From positions 46,624,001 through 46,688,000 of the forward strand of contig CM114271.1 in assembly GCA_050084515.1 (NCBI GenBank): a DNA stretch of 64,000 nucleotides, read 5' to 3'. Made by a program: the position numbers and the translations under genes. Shown here one piece after another: positions 13,878 to 27,400 of this stretch. How positions within the stretch are numbered: the stretch's first letter is position 1; the number at the start of each line of letters is the position of its first letter. Under the pieces are notes generated by a model. It was not told where the DNA came from, did no database searches, and worked only from the letters and a program-made list of their open reading frames with translations. This DNA is from Blasia pusilla (Eukaryota).

Positions 13878-16800
13878 TGTCGTGTGCATACACATCGCTG
13901 TCACTCAACACACACACAAACACACACGATCCCATATTATTTCATGGCATCCAAACAACGAGACAAGAAGTACCAAAATATCTCCAATAAAATAAGATCC
14001 AATCTCTCTCAACACCATAGCTCTCAAATGTATGCACTCTCATATGTCTCTCTCAATGTGAAACCTAACCCCCTCTCCTAATGAGAGGCTTGGGTTACAC
14101 ACACAAGGCAAGCAAGACCATAGCTCTGCCGCCTCATGCCAAGAGAGAATGAGCTCTCAAGCTCATTCTCTCTTTGTCGAACCTCTTGGCATGAGGCATT
14201 CTCTCTTTGTCTCAAGCTCTTGACCTGATGTAGGAGGTCAAAGGCCACTAACAAAAAATAGAAAGTGGATCATATATTCAAAATGGTACTTACCTAAAAT
14301 AGTGAGTTCTTCAATATGGCTCCAAATGAGCCGAAATGAAGGCCTCAACAGATCATCCTCGACCTATTGAGCCTGTCCTCCACTACTCATGGAGGCGCTC
14401 TACTAGATCTCATCGATATATCCTAAAAGACGTGACAATTGTCGTGCGCGTACACATCACTACATAACATACATCGATGTTACCGAACACACACACAAAC
14501 ACACACGATCCCATACTAACTCATGGCATCCAAACAACGAGACAAGAAGTACCAAAATATCTCCAATCGCCCCCCTAGTTGGTGGACCTCAAATTGTCGT
14601 GGTTGGCGATGGGATACAGATTCAGTAGGCAAGCATCCTTAGTGTCTTTCTCATTGTACTTGCTTTTGTATGGCCAAGAGCCAGATTTACCTACGGCCAT
14701 TCGTCAAGATGTTGGTGAGGTGTTGAACCTTGATGATCCTGATGTATGGATGCAAGCATGTTCTCAGAGGGTTGAGTTATTTCGGAGAGTGATGCCCATC
14801 ACGTTTGAGAACTTGGCGATTGCGCAACATCGGGATACATTGAGGTATGCGACTATTTGGGGAGGTGGTTATCGACCACCTCCCCAATTTGAGGTCCCAA
14901 TCTCCTAGGTGACATCTCTGCAAGCCATACTTGCATAATCCTCTTCACCGTCTGCACAACCGGCTCAGCTAGTCCATTTGCCTTAGGATGATCTCGCGAA
15001 TTAGTGCGGTTGTCGATCAGTGTCTGATCACACAAGGCTTGAAATTGCCCACGGAACTCTATATCTTGGTCTGTCAACACCTCAACTGGTGCACCATAAT
15101 GACTCAGCACTCAATCTAGGAAGGCATACGCTACTCCCTCACTTGCTTTGTCAGGAAATGTAACCAACTCTATCCACTTTGAGAAGTGCTCGACCATCAT
15201 CAACACATAATGACAATGGCGCTCCGTCAAAGGCAAAGGTCCTGCAAAATCCAAATTCCGTCTATAACCTAAACCCATGATCGGAAGTGGATGCAACTGT
15301 GAAGTCGGAGCATCAAACGATGCTCGAACTTGATCACACACCATGCATTTGGCAACAAACTGCTGAACGTCAGTCTACATGCCTCGACACCAATACGAAA
15401 CCTGGAGCAAGCAGTACGTCCGCTTCACTCCAAAATGACCCAACTCTTCGTGGGCATCACGCACCAAATGTGCTTTCTACAAAGTATGAGGCACTACACG
15501 CACTCTACCACACTCGCAACACATGTGTCCCGTCCCACCAAAACTGTCTGGCTCGCTATAGGATCTGATCCTGCTCTCTAGCATCCATTATGCTCGCGAT
15601 GCTGCCAGTACGTAGGTCCTCCAAGACCACTCCATCATCGTGAATATCTCGGCCACCTGTCTTCTCCTCACGGGCCTCTGGATCTGAGGACTCTCCGTCA
15701 GACCTCGCCATAGAAGTCTCAGCAATTTGGCTCTCCATAGCCAACAAGCCCAAATAGGCTGACACATGCCATCTTGGCACCAACTCCTCATCACTCTCAC
15801 TATGCCAACGAGCTCTAGTTGCATCTCGCTGACTCAGGCATGGGTTACGGCTCAAACCATATGCATCTTGGTTGAGCATCACAGGTCTATGCACCACCTG
15901 GAAGTCATACTCTTGCAACAAAAGAGCCCACCTCGCAAGCTTTCCTGTAAGCTTGTCGGACTCCATCAACCACTTAAATGGCTGATGATCAGTAATGATG
16001 GTAAAGGGATTGCCAAATAGATAACATCTGAAATGTGCGAGAGCCCACACTGAAGCCAAGCACTCACCCTCATACGAGATATACTTTGCCTCTGTAGGGT
16101 TGTTTGAGCGATTAGCGTAAGCCACCACGAACTCTGTACCATCATTGTCAAGTTGGGTGAGCACGACTCCGAGCCCCAACATGCTCCAATCGATATGCAA
16201 ATGGAAAGGATGCCCCCTCATCGGTCTCCTCAATATGGGCGGATGTCAAACTGTCCTTGAGCATCTGAAATGCTCTCCTGCTCATCCCCCCAGTGCCACT
16301 CTTGATCCACCTTGGTGAGCAAGGTCGGTGGCTTTGCAATCGACCTAAAACCCTTGACGTATCGTCGATAGAAGTCCGCCAATCCCATGAATGCACAAAC
16401 TCGACTCACATTTATAGGGCATGGAATGCGTGAAATAGCCTCTACCTTCCTCTACTGCACATCAAGGCCCCCTGGGTATATCGTATGACCCAAGTACTCA
16501 ATCTGGTCGTAGAAGAACTTGCACTGGATGTAGCTTCAGCCCATGTAACTGCAATTGTCGGAACACCTCCTCTAGATGTTGCTCATGCTCCTCAACCATG
16601 GGGCTAAAGACTATGATGTCATCAATATAACACCTAGAAAAATCCAGACCTGTCAAGATCCTATCCATGATCCTCTAGAAATCATTCAGGGTGTTCTTTA
16701 ACCCAAATGGTAAGAACCACCATTGGTACAAGCAATCCTTCCCGTGAGGATCGATGCCTCAAAATGCCGTTTGTTGCCTGTCCTCCAATCTAATAGGCAG

Positions 16801-19800
16801 TTGATAGTATCCGGGTCAAAGATCTAATGAACTGAAGATCTTTGCATGCCCAATAACATCAAAGATCTCCTCATGAGTGGGCATGGCATACCTATCGGAT
16901 TTTGTCTACCGATTGATAGGTCAGTAATCTCCACACATCCGCCTATGTGTCTGCTTGCCATGCACGTCCTTCTTGGCGGGCATGATAGTGGCAGATGCAT
17001 ACTCCCCATGCGACATCTCCACTAGTCTTCCTCCAACCAAGTCCTGGCTCCTACTCTGAATCAAAGCCCTCTCCATGTCACTGTACCTGTAGGGTTTTCG
17101 GAAGATCAGCGTGTCACTCGACAACTTAATGCAGATCCTTGGACCCTTCAGCATATCCAAATCCTGCATACTAAATGCAAAACAGCTCCTATAACTCCTA
17201 AGGAACTGGTGTATGCGGCGCCGCTCTCCTCCTGTCAACTTAGGGCCCATATGTGGCTCCCAAATCTCCATCGTGCCTACAGTAGGACTCTCCGGTATGG
17301 GTGTCGGTGGTTGCTATGGTGTAACCCCGTCTCGGACAACAAAACTCGATTGCTCTCCTGCCACCAACTGCAAAATCGGATCTCCATTTGCAATACCCGG
17401 AACCACGCTCGATGTTGTGTGTACCATCTCCTGGTGTACCTGCAAAACATTCCAAGAAGTCCAAGGGTGTCTCTCCCGATCACCCCTAGTGTGTCGATCT
17501 CCTCTAGTCAACCATTGCCTCGACCGTCTTAGTAGGCATGGGGCTTACCAACGCAACTTTTGTGATCTGTCGCTCCTCAAACGACGTTGCTAAGCTACTA
17601 CTAAGCTGAAAATCTATGTCAAGCAGTTGAGGTACATTCCTTTATCCAAGACATGACGTTATGATGCCTCTGGTAGTGATAATACTACCTTCATTCCTAT
17701 GGGGAATCCCATCACTTGCTCTTGCTCATCGGCGTTAGGCTCCACCAACCTCTATGCCTGGTCATCCCAAACCAAGCCAGGTTCGGCCTCCTTGAATGCA
17801 TAGGAAGTGGGAAAACTCACCAATGTGGGAAAGGCTACTCGTGGCATGCCACTCTTGTGAACCATAATCCATAACCATAACGAGGGTCGATCATCATGCC
17901 TCACTGCCTATGATCGACGACCCGGATCCAATATACAATCCACCAACAAATCATAGGGACGCTCCACTCTCGCATAAGCCCTCCGCAACACCTCAGGTGG
18001 TACCAAGTTGGTCCACCAAAGACACGGGCGGTCTGCTCTAGAACCTACACTCGTCGCATCTAACAACATTGCCGGGCCGATCCATGCACGCACCTTATGT
18101 GCACTCGTCACTATGCGGGACCTTGAATCGCCCAAAATTGACACATTCTCCAAAATGCATATTGGAGAAAGAGGGTGATGCTCATGTAAATATCGCAAAA
18201 TCCGCATCATCTCCCAAAACAACCTGGACCGAGTGTCAGCTAACCCGCTACCTCGTCCAACATTCAATTGGCCCTGACATGGCCAACCAAGTCTATGGTC
18301 CCTACCTGCTCCAAGTCATGCGCCCCCAACAATGAAATGTCCCTCCGTAGGGAACTCTGGTAACCCTTAATGGCATACGCAAACAACAAGTTGGGAAAAC
18401 AGAGGCGTAACTGCGCCACATGGTGAAGTGAAGCGCGCCTCGCAATATCATCAATTTCCACATACAGGTACTGTTCCTCGTGCACTCCACCATGCAAAAC
18501 AACACCTAACCCAATACTGATCCCTCCAAAGAGATCCAACACCCAAATATCCTCCTCTAGGATGCACCACACAATCGGGTTGATGTCCAAAGGGGTCATA
18601 GCAGCACTCCTGCCTACCTGGGGTTCCTCTGACCCGTCACACTCTAGTGCAAACGTCTCGCTCCATGTGGTGTGCACATGCTCAGTGGCTAAGCGTCGAA
18701 GCTCCTCAGTCGAGCCCCAAAGTGGCACCTCTCTTCCACGGACTGGTGAGACTATCATGACACTCCTCTCCATATAAATGTCACGAACAAGAGTATCCTC
18801 TGCATGGATATGTCCCTCAATCAAATCAATAGGCCAAGTGATGGCACTTCTGATTGTTGCTAAGGTCGCCATCTCTTATGGTCGTCGCTCGATCACTACA
18901 CCTGTGAATCGAATGGGTAATGAGCTAAGGCGCCCATCACCTGACTGCCATCCTGGTTTGTAGGACGCTGATTCCTCCCAGTAATCCAGGGAAACCCCAT
19001 CGGGTATAACACTTCTCCACCAACCAAGACATTGTAGGACTCTACATCAATCACTATCGCCTTGGCTCATCTCTAGGATATCCCAGGAAAATCCTCACCA
19101 CAAACTCATGTCGGGTGATATACTGTGTGGTACTCACTCCACCCAAGGATGTCTGTATCTGGAATGGACAACGCTCCACATCGGCTCTCGTCAAGCCCAA
19201 TATTCTGAATGACGCTTTCCCCAACATCAGGGGTTGCGCTCTTGAATCCAACAAGACGCACTGTAGACTAAAAGCTCTACCTCCTAGACTCACCAACTAG
19301 AAGACATCTCCCCAATTATCCAGAAAAACAACACCAAGAGAAGCCATGGCACGCTCTACCATGGGTCTAGCGGGCATCTCCGCCATCCTAGCAGCCGCAG
19401 CCTGCCATGAATTTGACGAATACAGCCCAAGCATCAGCTCCAAGGGCAGGTCCATCACCTCCTCTACAATCACCTCTGAACGTGATGCAAGAACTCCAAC
19501 TCCACGCTCACATAGTGTAGCAGCTAGCTCAAAAAACTCGACAGGGGTACCTCCCAACGTCATAACATAGGAAGCAACAAATAAAGGAGCGCAGTACACA
19601 ACGGTGGCCGCCCACAACAACGTGCTCAACACATGCCCCTCCTGAGCATCAGCAATAGGAGTCATTGCACTCGCTTCTCCCATCGCCCTCCGTGCCTGCA
19701 CACCAACAACATCACCAACTCTCCAGGAACTCTTTATCAGGACCCATCCATGGGGTCCTTATTGCCTCGAACAACGTGAAAGATTGAGGAAGCCTGGTCT

Positions 19801-22800
19801 ATTTCCTGTCTTTTCCTCGATGTGGATCTAACTCTACGGCTGCTCCATGCGTCATAACTGCAGCGGCTTGCATCTGGGCAACCACACACATCCAACCAGG
19901 ATCCTCCATATCTTTAGCTGCTCCATATGATGTCGATGCCATGGATCCGGCATTGGGTAACCTCAATGCCATAGCAACAAACTGCTCCTGTAGCTGCTGT
20001 ATCTGAGCAGCCATCCCAGCCTCACGTCCGGCGTCTCCCTCGACGCGTCTAGGTGGTGGGACTCTAGCTCCTCCACGGGCAGCTCCACCACCCTGTCGAG
20101 CAACTCCAGCTCCTCGTCCCCCAATGGGACCACCGGGTGCATGATCTCTAGGCCCATCCGGACCGGCTACTCGCTCTAGTGCCCTCTCTGGCCCTCGGTC
20201 CGAACATAACTCAGCACGTAAACTGAAATACCTGGCGCGTGTATGACCATACCTTTGACAATAGTCACACTGATAACCTCCTGGTGCAGCACCATCTCCT
20301 CCTTCATGTTGAGGCATAGGTCCACGACCCTGACGAGTGCAATCACGTTGATGATGGGCTCCACCACATGACCAACAAGTAATTGTAGGGGGCTACTGCT
20401 GAGCCGCATATGAAGGTGCAAGTCTCTATGGCACGGCCTCTCGGTATCCTCCTTGAGCTCGTGGTGCCACAATCGACCTATCTCGGAGTCCACGTTGCTG
20501 CACTAGTGGTGCAAAGAATCGTGAGTGCTCTCGCCCAGAATCCATGGTGGCTATGCTCTCCTCCGCCATGTTGCGCTCAATATTCTTGGCGGTCCTAAAA
20601 ACATTTCTCAACGTAGGAGAGGTGTTCATAAGAAGCACCCTCTTCCGCACCCATATCCGTAGGGTCCGGTCCAACATTGTGTATCATGACTGGATAGCCT
20701 GAGCCTCTGTCACCCCCTGAGTGACGTTGATCAACCGATGCAAGCGAGTGTAAGCCTCACACAAACTCTCACTTGGGCACCTCTGGAAGTCGTAGATGCT
20801 CCACAACTTCTCCGTCCGTACCCCCTGGTAGCTCGCCCTCAACTCAGTGAAGAACTCAACCACGTGGTTGAACAAGGGATGAACCCGACTAGACGGTGCA
20901 ACTGCTCCAGTGCGAGTGACCCCTCCTAAAACATCACTAGTGGAAGAGGAAGTAGCCTCTCCTGACTCCTCCTCCTTATCTAGGAACGGCACCGTCCATG
21001 ACAGATAGTGTGGATCATAGTAGAGTCGCCATGCCTCAATCTCATCGACATATCTCTGGGAGAACTCATGATAATCGTCCGTGGGCGCCCCCTCTAAATG
21101 TTGGAACATGCGGTTCCAGGCTGTAAACGAGTTCAACTCTCTAGAGTTCCGGCCCGCTGTGAGTCACACAAAATCCTAAACTCCGCAATGAAGTCGTGTA
21201 GCTCTATAGTGCCTACAACACCCAAAAACCTACGCACTCCTCTACCGCGTTCGTCCATCTTGTATGTCCAACTGGTAGGACCACTCAATATGTACGGTGG
21301 ATCACTAACACACTCCTCTACATGCTCCCCCTCATTTGAAGATAACACAGAAGGAGATCGAGGTGGTCTTTCACGTGGAGACCCTCGAAACCACTCTGGG
21401 TAAACCCTCCAGAGCTACTCTCAGGTCCACTACCTTGCCTCTTAAAATCTTGAAAGGACGCCATGATGGCCCTTGTGCCCCTCTCACACGATCACTCTCA
21501 ATCTTGCAAGTAATCCCTCAGTCACTAAAACTAAAAATGCGGCACTCGATCTACACTCTCTCATTGAGACCTGTGCTGTGTGGCAACAAGCGACGCGGTC
21601 CGGCAAATCAACTGATATATCATCTCATCGACAAACCATCCTCAACTCGGGACATCCCATAAAATTCTATGTCCCCTAAACCCATACATCATTGATGCTC
21701 TCAGCATCAGCACAAAACAATTTCCCAAATAACTTCCCAATATCCGGAAATCCCTCACACATGGAGGGTAAGAGACCAGAATGGGTAACCTGACAATAAT
21801 GTCAATGTCGCTCCTCAGAAACTCCAAATCTCGAACCCAACTTGGTTGTGAAGACAACTCCTTCAATCAGCAAGTCGTACTCCTCTCGTACTAACGCTGC
21901 TCAAACCTCCTCGATGTGCGGTGCACGTTCACCGGTTCGATGCGGCACGGAACGGCTACAAATGACATGGCACTCGAGAATGGGATGCGGCACTCAACGG
22001 CATACCCTCTCTTCTCCTTAGTGAAGGAGTACCTCTACGATCGAGACGGTGCGGTGCGGCCACAAGCGGCGTGACGTGGCAATCGGAGAGCGTTGTGGCT
22101 ACGGGCGTCACGACATGGTACTTCATCGTCGTTGAGCGGCTACCAATCACAACATAGCAACATGAAATAAAAACTCAAACACCATAACTCGAGGTCACCT
22201 GCCATTGGTGGTTGATGACAAAATTGCAATCACAGTGGTGGCCAAACCAAAGTATGTGGTGGCGGCGCAAGTCAGAGAATCAGCGATCATCGTGGAATAC
22301 CCTCCACTCCGTAATGGCGGCAATGGAAACCAAGAGTGGACGACGGCCGAACGCGGCTCTTAGCAGTGCTATGAGGCGGCGGCGGCCAAAGGTGGACCAT
22401 TGATAATGACGGAGGATTGTTGATGGTGATGGTGATCGTCGACGATGACGGTGACTATGACGGCAACGGTCGTCGCCGGCGCGGCGGTTGGTTTAGAGTT
22501 TGAAAAATTTCACCCTTAAAATTGCTTAGCAATGGAAGTTTTGTAAGATTGACCATTACTTTTTGTTTGCAACTTCAAATTGCACACCGTTTGCTGCACA
22601 GCTTCACGATCTGCGATGGCGTGAAAAAACATTTTGAATCAAACATTGCTGTAAAAAGTGACAGGGACTGTTGTAAAACCCAACGTGTCTTTCTCCTACA
22701 CAAAATTCGATAGTGCTTCCATGCTGATTTCTCCCAATAAAAATGTAAAACCAATGAGAACATAAATCATCAAGCTACATGGTGCTCTCGAAAGCACTGG

Positions 22801-23552
22801 CATGGAGTTATCCGCCCCCATACTCAATTCCTATCAAAAATTGGGCAGCCGCTTCCGCGTGCCACTCTCCCATACAAAAAATCAGCAAAGCAAAACAACA
22901 AACTCACACGGCTCTTACTCCATTGAGCACTCTCATGAGCCATGAAGCGGGGAACACGGTCCTCCAACCTACACCAAACATCGAACAACCAGCAAGCTCC
23001 CTCATCAAGCTCTCTCACTCACTCATTCTCTCTTCGTAAAATAAGATCCAATCTCTCTCAACACCATAGCTCTCAAATGTGTGCACTCTCACACGTCTCT
23101 TTCAATGTCAAACCAAACCCACTCTCCTAATGAGAGGCTTGGGTTACACAAACAAGGCAAGCAAGACCATAGCTCCGCCGCCTCATGCCAAGAAGTTCGA
23201 CAAAGAGAGAATGAGCTCTCAAGCTCTCTCTCCTTGAGGTATACCCCTCCCCACTCCCAAGCTCTCTCCATGGTAACCTATGCTCCCAAGTCACCTCCTT
23301 GGCTCTTGACCTGATGTAGGAGGTCAAATGACACTTACCAAAAATATAACGTTGATCATATATTCAAAATGGTACTTACCTAAAATAGTAAGTTCTTCAA
23401 TATGGCTCCAAATGAGCCGAAATGAAGGGAAAACCTGCTCTCTCAGGTTTTCTGGGGCCTCAGTAGGTCATCCTCAATCTATTGAGCCTGTCCTTCACTA
23501 CTCATGAATGCACTCTACTAGATCTCACCGATTCATCCTAAAAGACGTGACA
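13878..23552 (-). mobile_element. Near-complete decayed Ty3/Gypsy-type retroelement (gag-PR-DNMT-RT-RH-INT) with split direct repeats and 4-bp TSD GATG
   Basis: GATG at 13874-13877 and 23553-23556 flanks TGTC...GACA termini. A1 23552-23037; coding region; CTAGGGGGGCGA 14578-14568; B1 14567-14440; AT; A2 14437-13988; B2 13988-13878. Motifs: gag knuckle CDYCQRYGHT, PR LLDSRAQ, RT RRMCGDY and YIDDIIVFS, RH LHIDWSMLGLG..YEGECLA..TDHQP..KLARWAL, INT VEHFSKW and LTDQ. Confidence 0.93.
17590..18548 (-). pseudogene. DNMT3-like C5 cytosine methyltransferase domain inside retroelement pol (copy 1)
   Basis: Motif I VLDLFGGISIG, II YVEID, III RDI, IV GWPCQG (across a small deletion near 18290), VI ILENV, VIII SRADRPCLWWTN, IX EPNADEQEQVMGFP. 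Stops and frameshifts present. Confidence 0.88.
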
Positions 23553-23710
23553 GATGAGCTCCATAATAAGCTTTGCCAAGGGTATACCTTCTTGCTTGAA
23601 AACACCATGATGCTCACATACATGCATAGATTATGCACATGCAATAGATCCCGAAGTACGCAATCTGCATGATCATCTTGATAAAATACCACATAAGATC
23701 CTCTCTATAT

Positions 23711-24456
23711 TGTCATGGTAGATTAGGCGTAGAGCGAGATAGTATCGAGGCCTTAGAGGGATCTTATACTTCCCTATTTTAAGAGGTCATATATTACCTG
23801 CTCTTATGAGGTGACCTACGAGTGTAGGTCACCCTTTCTTTTATGAGGAGTGGCAACCTTAGAGAGGTTGACCCTCCTAGCCATGTATATATGACTTCAC
23901 TTGGACCTATAAGGTCAAGGGTTACTTGGTCGTTAGTCCCATTAAGAGACCACATATGTAGTTGTTAGGGAGTTAGTACTTATATATTACAAGTCATTAG
24001 TTACGTGCTAGGGGGGAGGTGATCTATGTGTGTAGGTCACGCATGGAGGTGCCCAAGGGCGGAATATCTCAAAGGACGCTCATTTAGAGCTCATCTTCCT
24101 TACGATTACACACATGTTGGGATCCGTCAGACCCTGCAGCTTGCATGTATTGAGTATGGATTCTCTCTTGAAGAGTGGGCTAGGATTGATAGAAGATCAC
24201 ACATATTTTGGAGTCCTTTGTATACTTTCTTCTACTATTACAACAGTGTGTATGGATATGGATGTTTAGATGAAGAATATTTGGTCAATTGCAAATTTCA
24301 TTAGAGTTTACAGTCCATATTCAACTTTATTGGAGTCGTGTGGGGCTGTCCAGTCGTTCATGTGTAGATATATTAGGATTTATAGGTAGATGGATTTTAG
24401 ATATGTGTGTGCATGAGAGCCAATTTATGTTGGCAACAATGTCTATTTGCACGACA
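23711..24456 (+). mobile_element. Solo terminal repeat (solo-LTR-like unit) with 4-bp TSD ATAT
   Basis: Starts TGTCATG, ends GCACGACA (same termini style as the split-repeat elements), ATAT on both sides. Homologous along its length to 52962-53706. Confidence 0.85.
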
Positions 24457-27400
24457 ATATGAACCAAGTGTATCTACAGGAAGGAAATGCCTCACAAAAG
24501 CTATAGGATACCCTTATTATTGGCATATCTTACTTCGCCCCATTGGCTCAATGGCATCTTTGATCATATTCACTCTGTTCTTCCTTGAATTCGAAGAGAG
24601 CTTCATTGTTTCTTATTACAATATCATGATTCTCTTCTTCAAGAAGATCTGCTTCTTGATTTGAAGATAGGTAGTAGGTTAGAGATCTTCAATTGTCTTA
24701 TTTATAGAATTGCACATATTAGAAGAAACACCACCTAATATTTTCTATCAAACTTATCCATGCATGGATACACATCTATACTATTATGGGAGAGTACCCT
24801 CTTGCCCGTGCAAACACCTCTCCTTGAGCCACGTGGCGATTTTGGCTAATAAAAATTTGATTTTGGATAATCGTAGTTGTCTGCCAATCTAAGGGTTTTT
24901 TTGAGTGGGACATTTACAACCATCATAGTACTTCAAAACGGTTTTTTTGAACTTTTAAAATTTGTCATGGTGACAGTTATGATCGTAGTAAGGAGATCCA
25001 TCAATGGCAAGATCCTTTTTTTAAGCTTTTAAATTATGTCGTGCTAACCGTTATGATCGTGATAAGGTAGATCTGTTGATGACGAGGTGCTTTCCCTCCC
25101 AGAGTTGTGCAACGGTTTTTCAGGTTATCGTACTCACATCCGACTGTATTTATACCGTGCATTCAATGTAGACACTCATGACGTAGATACAATACGCACA
25201 TACTCACCCAGGTAACCATTTCCACCAACATTGCAAATTGATGTTCCCAGATGATTACAAGTTTTTGAGATGCTAGGCATATGATTGATGTACTCTAACA
25301 ACCTATCTGGTTTGTGAGCTACAACTTTCAAAGGAGTTTTCGAGTCTCCCAAAACTCACAGACTCAACGTTCCTCCACCCAAGAAGCTCGCAACTCGAGT
25401 CGCTAGGAGATCAGGCTGATTGTTCCCCTTCATATCTCCAACACTCCCATGTTGACGGTTCCTCTACATTCCCCTTCAGTTTCAATAGCACTCCCGATTC
25501 GACTTAGGTCCTCAGCATCTCCCAATTTGGAATAACTCCAGGTCCACCTCCAACTCCAGCTACGCTCTAGTTTAGTCGCCTTCTATTTGTTCGACCTATG
25601 CCAGCTCCACATTCTCTCTACAACCATGGCTTCCAACCCTTCCGATAACCAATCGAGCTACATACAAAAACATCAAAATGGCAACAAGGATAACTGCAAA
25701 GAAATCAACACATAGAAAGGGAAAGGGAAAGGCTCCATCCAAAACCACTCCATCAAAGAAATATTATGGTGTAAAGCCTGCTGATCTCAAACCTTGGGAG
25801 AGTGGAAAATAGTTTCCCATCTCTCAAGAAGACTGTGTTTGCCTGAGCATGTGGAAGAAGTCACACTTCAGAATTAGCCCACCTTTGGGGACGAGACTCA
25901 GCCCGGAGCATCCTCCAGACTTTGAAGGTGCAGTAAAGGACTCTCTCCTAGTGGGAGGAGGGCCTCCATTATAAAATAAAGGATATCTTCTTAACTCGGT
26001 TGAGGGGTTGGAAAAATAATTTCAAATCGAAGTCCAAGAAAGTCCCCAATGTTATGTAAGGGGCCCTGCAATTAAAGACCATGCACATTCCACGCAACAT
26101 CTGCAAAAAAAATTCTCAAAACACCTCATCCCAACGTTCAAGAACATTGCTCACCTTCTTAGAAGAGGTCGCCAATCCACATGAACGTGCCCATTAGCTC
26201 TACCCCACAAACCAATGGGACTAAAATAGTTCAGAAAGGGAAAAAAACATCAAGGTGTTATTATAAACATTGAGATTAGGATCTGACCAAACTAGGAGCC
26301 TAGGAGCTTCCCCATCTATAGATCGGAAAGAGTTAGAAAGATTGACTTGCATGTAACGCTTGGTACATGGAAATCAAAGCTTGGTTGGAAATGAAAACTT
26401 AGCTGAACATTACTTTGTCTGAATGTGTGGTTACTACATCAGCAACCCCCTCTCTCTCTCTCTATGTATAGAATTACTCTTCTCGAGTACTCCTGATATG
26501 AGCAACCATGGTCACCGCATTTCACCTACTGGCTCCTCTCGAGTACTCTAGCGACAAGCAATAAGGTTAGAATGTAGAGCACGGATGCGAAAACATGCAC
26601 AAGCTCGAGAGCATAAGGACACTAAGCCTTAAGTCCAAGCAGGAAAGGCGAGGAAACCTGCACGAAGTCTCAATGCTTTGTTGAGTACAAGCCCATGCCA
26701 CCCCCAAGCAATCGCAGTAACCTATGCCACGTGCAAGTAATTTCAGCAACCTTGACGAACAAACAGGAGCAGATTCCAAGGCGAGTACGTAGCAAGATGA
26801 GTCTTGAGCAAAGCCATAGCCAAGGAAGGACCAAGGGCGAGTGGGTGGGCGAGCGAGAAAAATCCTATAGCTAAAAAAGGACCGAGGGTGGGATGTTGAG
26901 AAAAATCACAGAGGATTGTCACATCTGGGTAGCCGATAGGCCGAGATTTATCGTGGATAGGGCGTAGAAGCCAGGGGACTATCTTGAGTGTAACTTTGTC
27001 CCACTGTGTCGGATGAGGTTGAGGATAGGTCCATTGTGTTAGGAACGTTGTTTCTGACAACTATCATGTTGCGGTCTTTCAAAACCGGGTGACTTGTTGA
27101 CCAGGTCATCCGCCCCTGGTAACCTGTGCGCGCAAGTTACCAGGGGGAGGGCTATTTTTAGGGGAAGAGCCTTTTGGCTCTTCCCAACCCTATATAAGAG
27201 AGGAAGATGGATTTCCTAAGCCATCTTTCTCATGTTGGGCCGTTGGAGCATCTCTCTTGTATGTGTGTGAGATAGGACTAGGGTGCTAGCATCCGGATTC
27301 CTTGATAGCACAGGGTGGACGAGGCTCGATATGCCGATCTAGATTGAGGAGTGGAGTTTTAGGCCGGGTGTGTCGTTCTTACTACTCTTTATTTTTACAT

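Noticed and set aside
13878-23552. DIRS/Ngaro tyrosine-recombinase element, suggested by the split repeats
   Set aside because: It encodes a protease and a DDE integrase and has a TSD; no tyrosine recombinase motif was seen.
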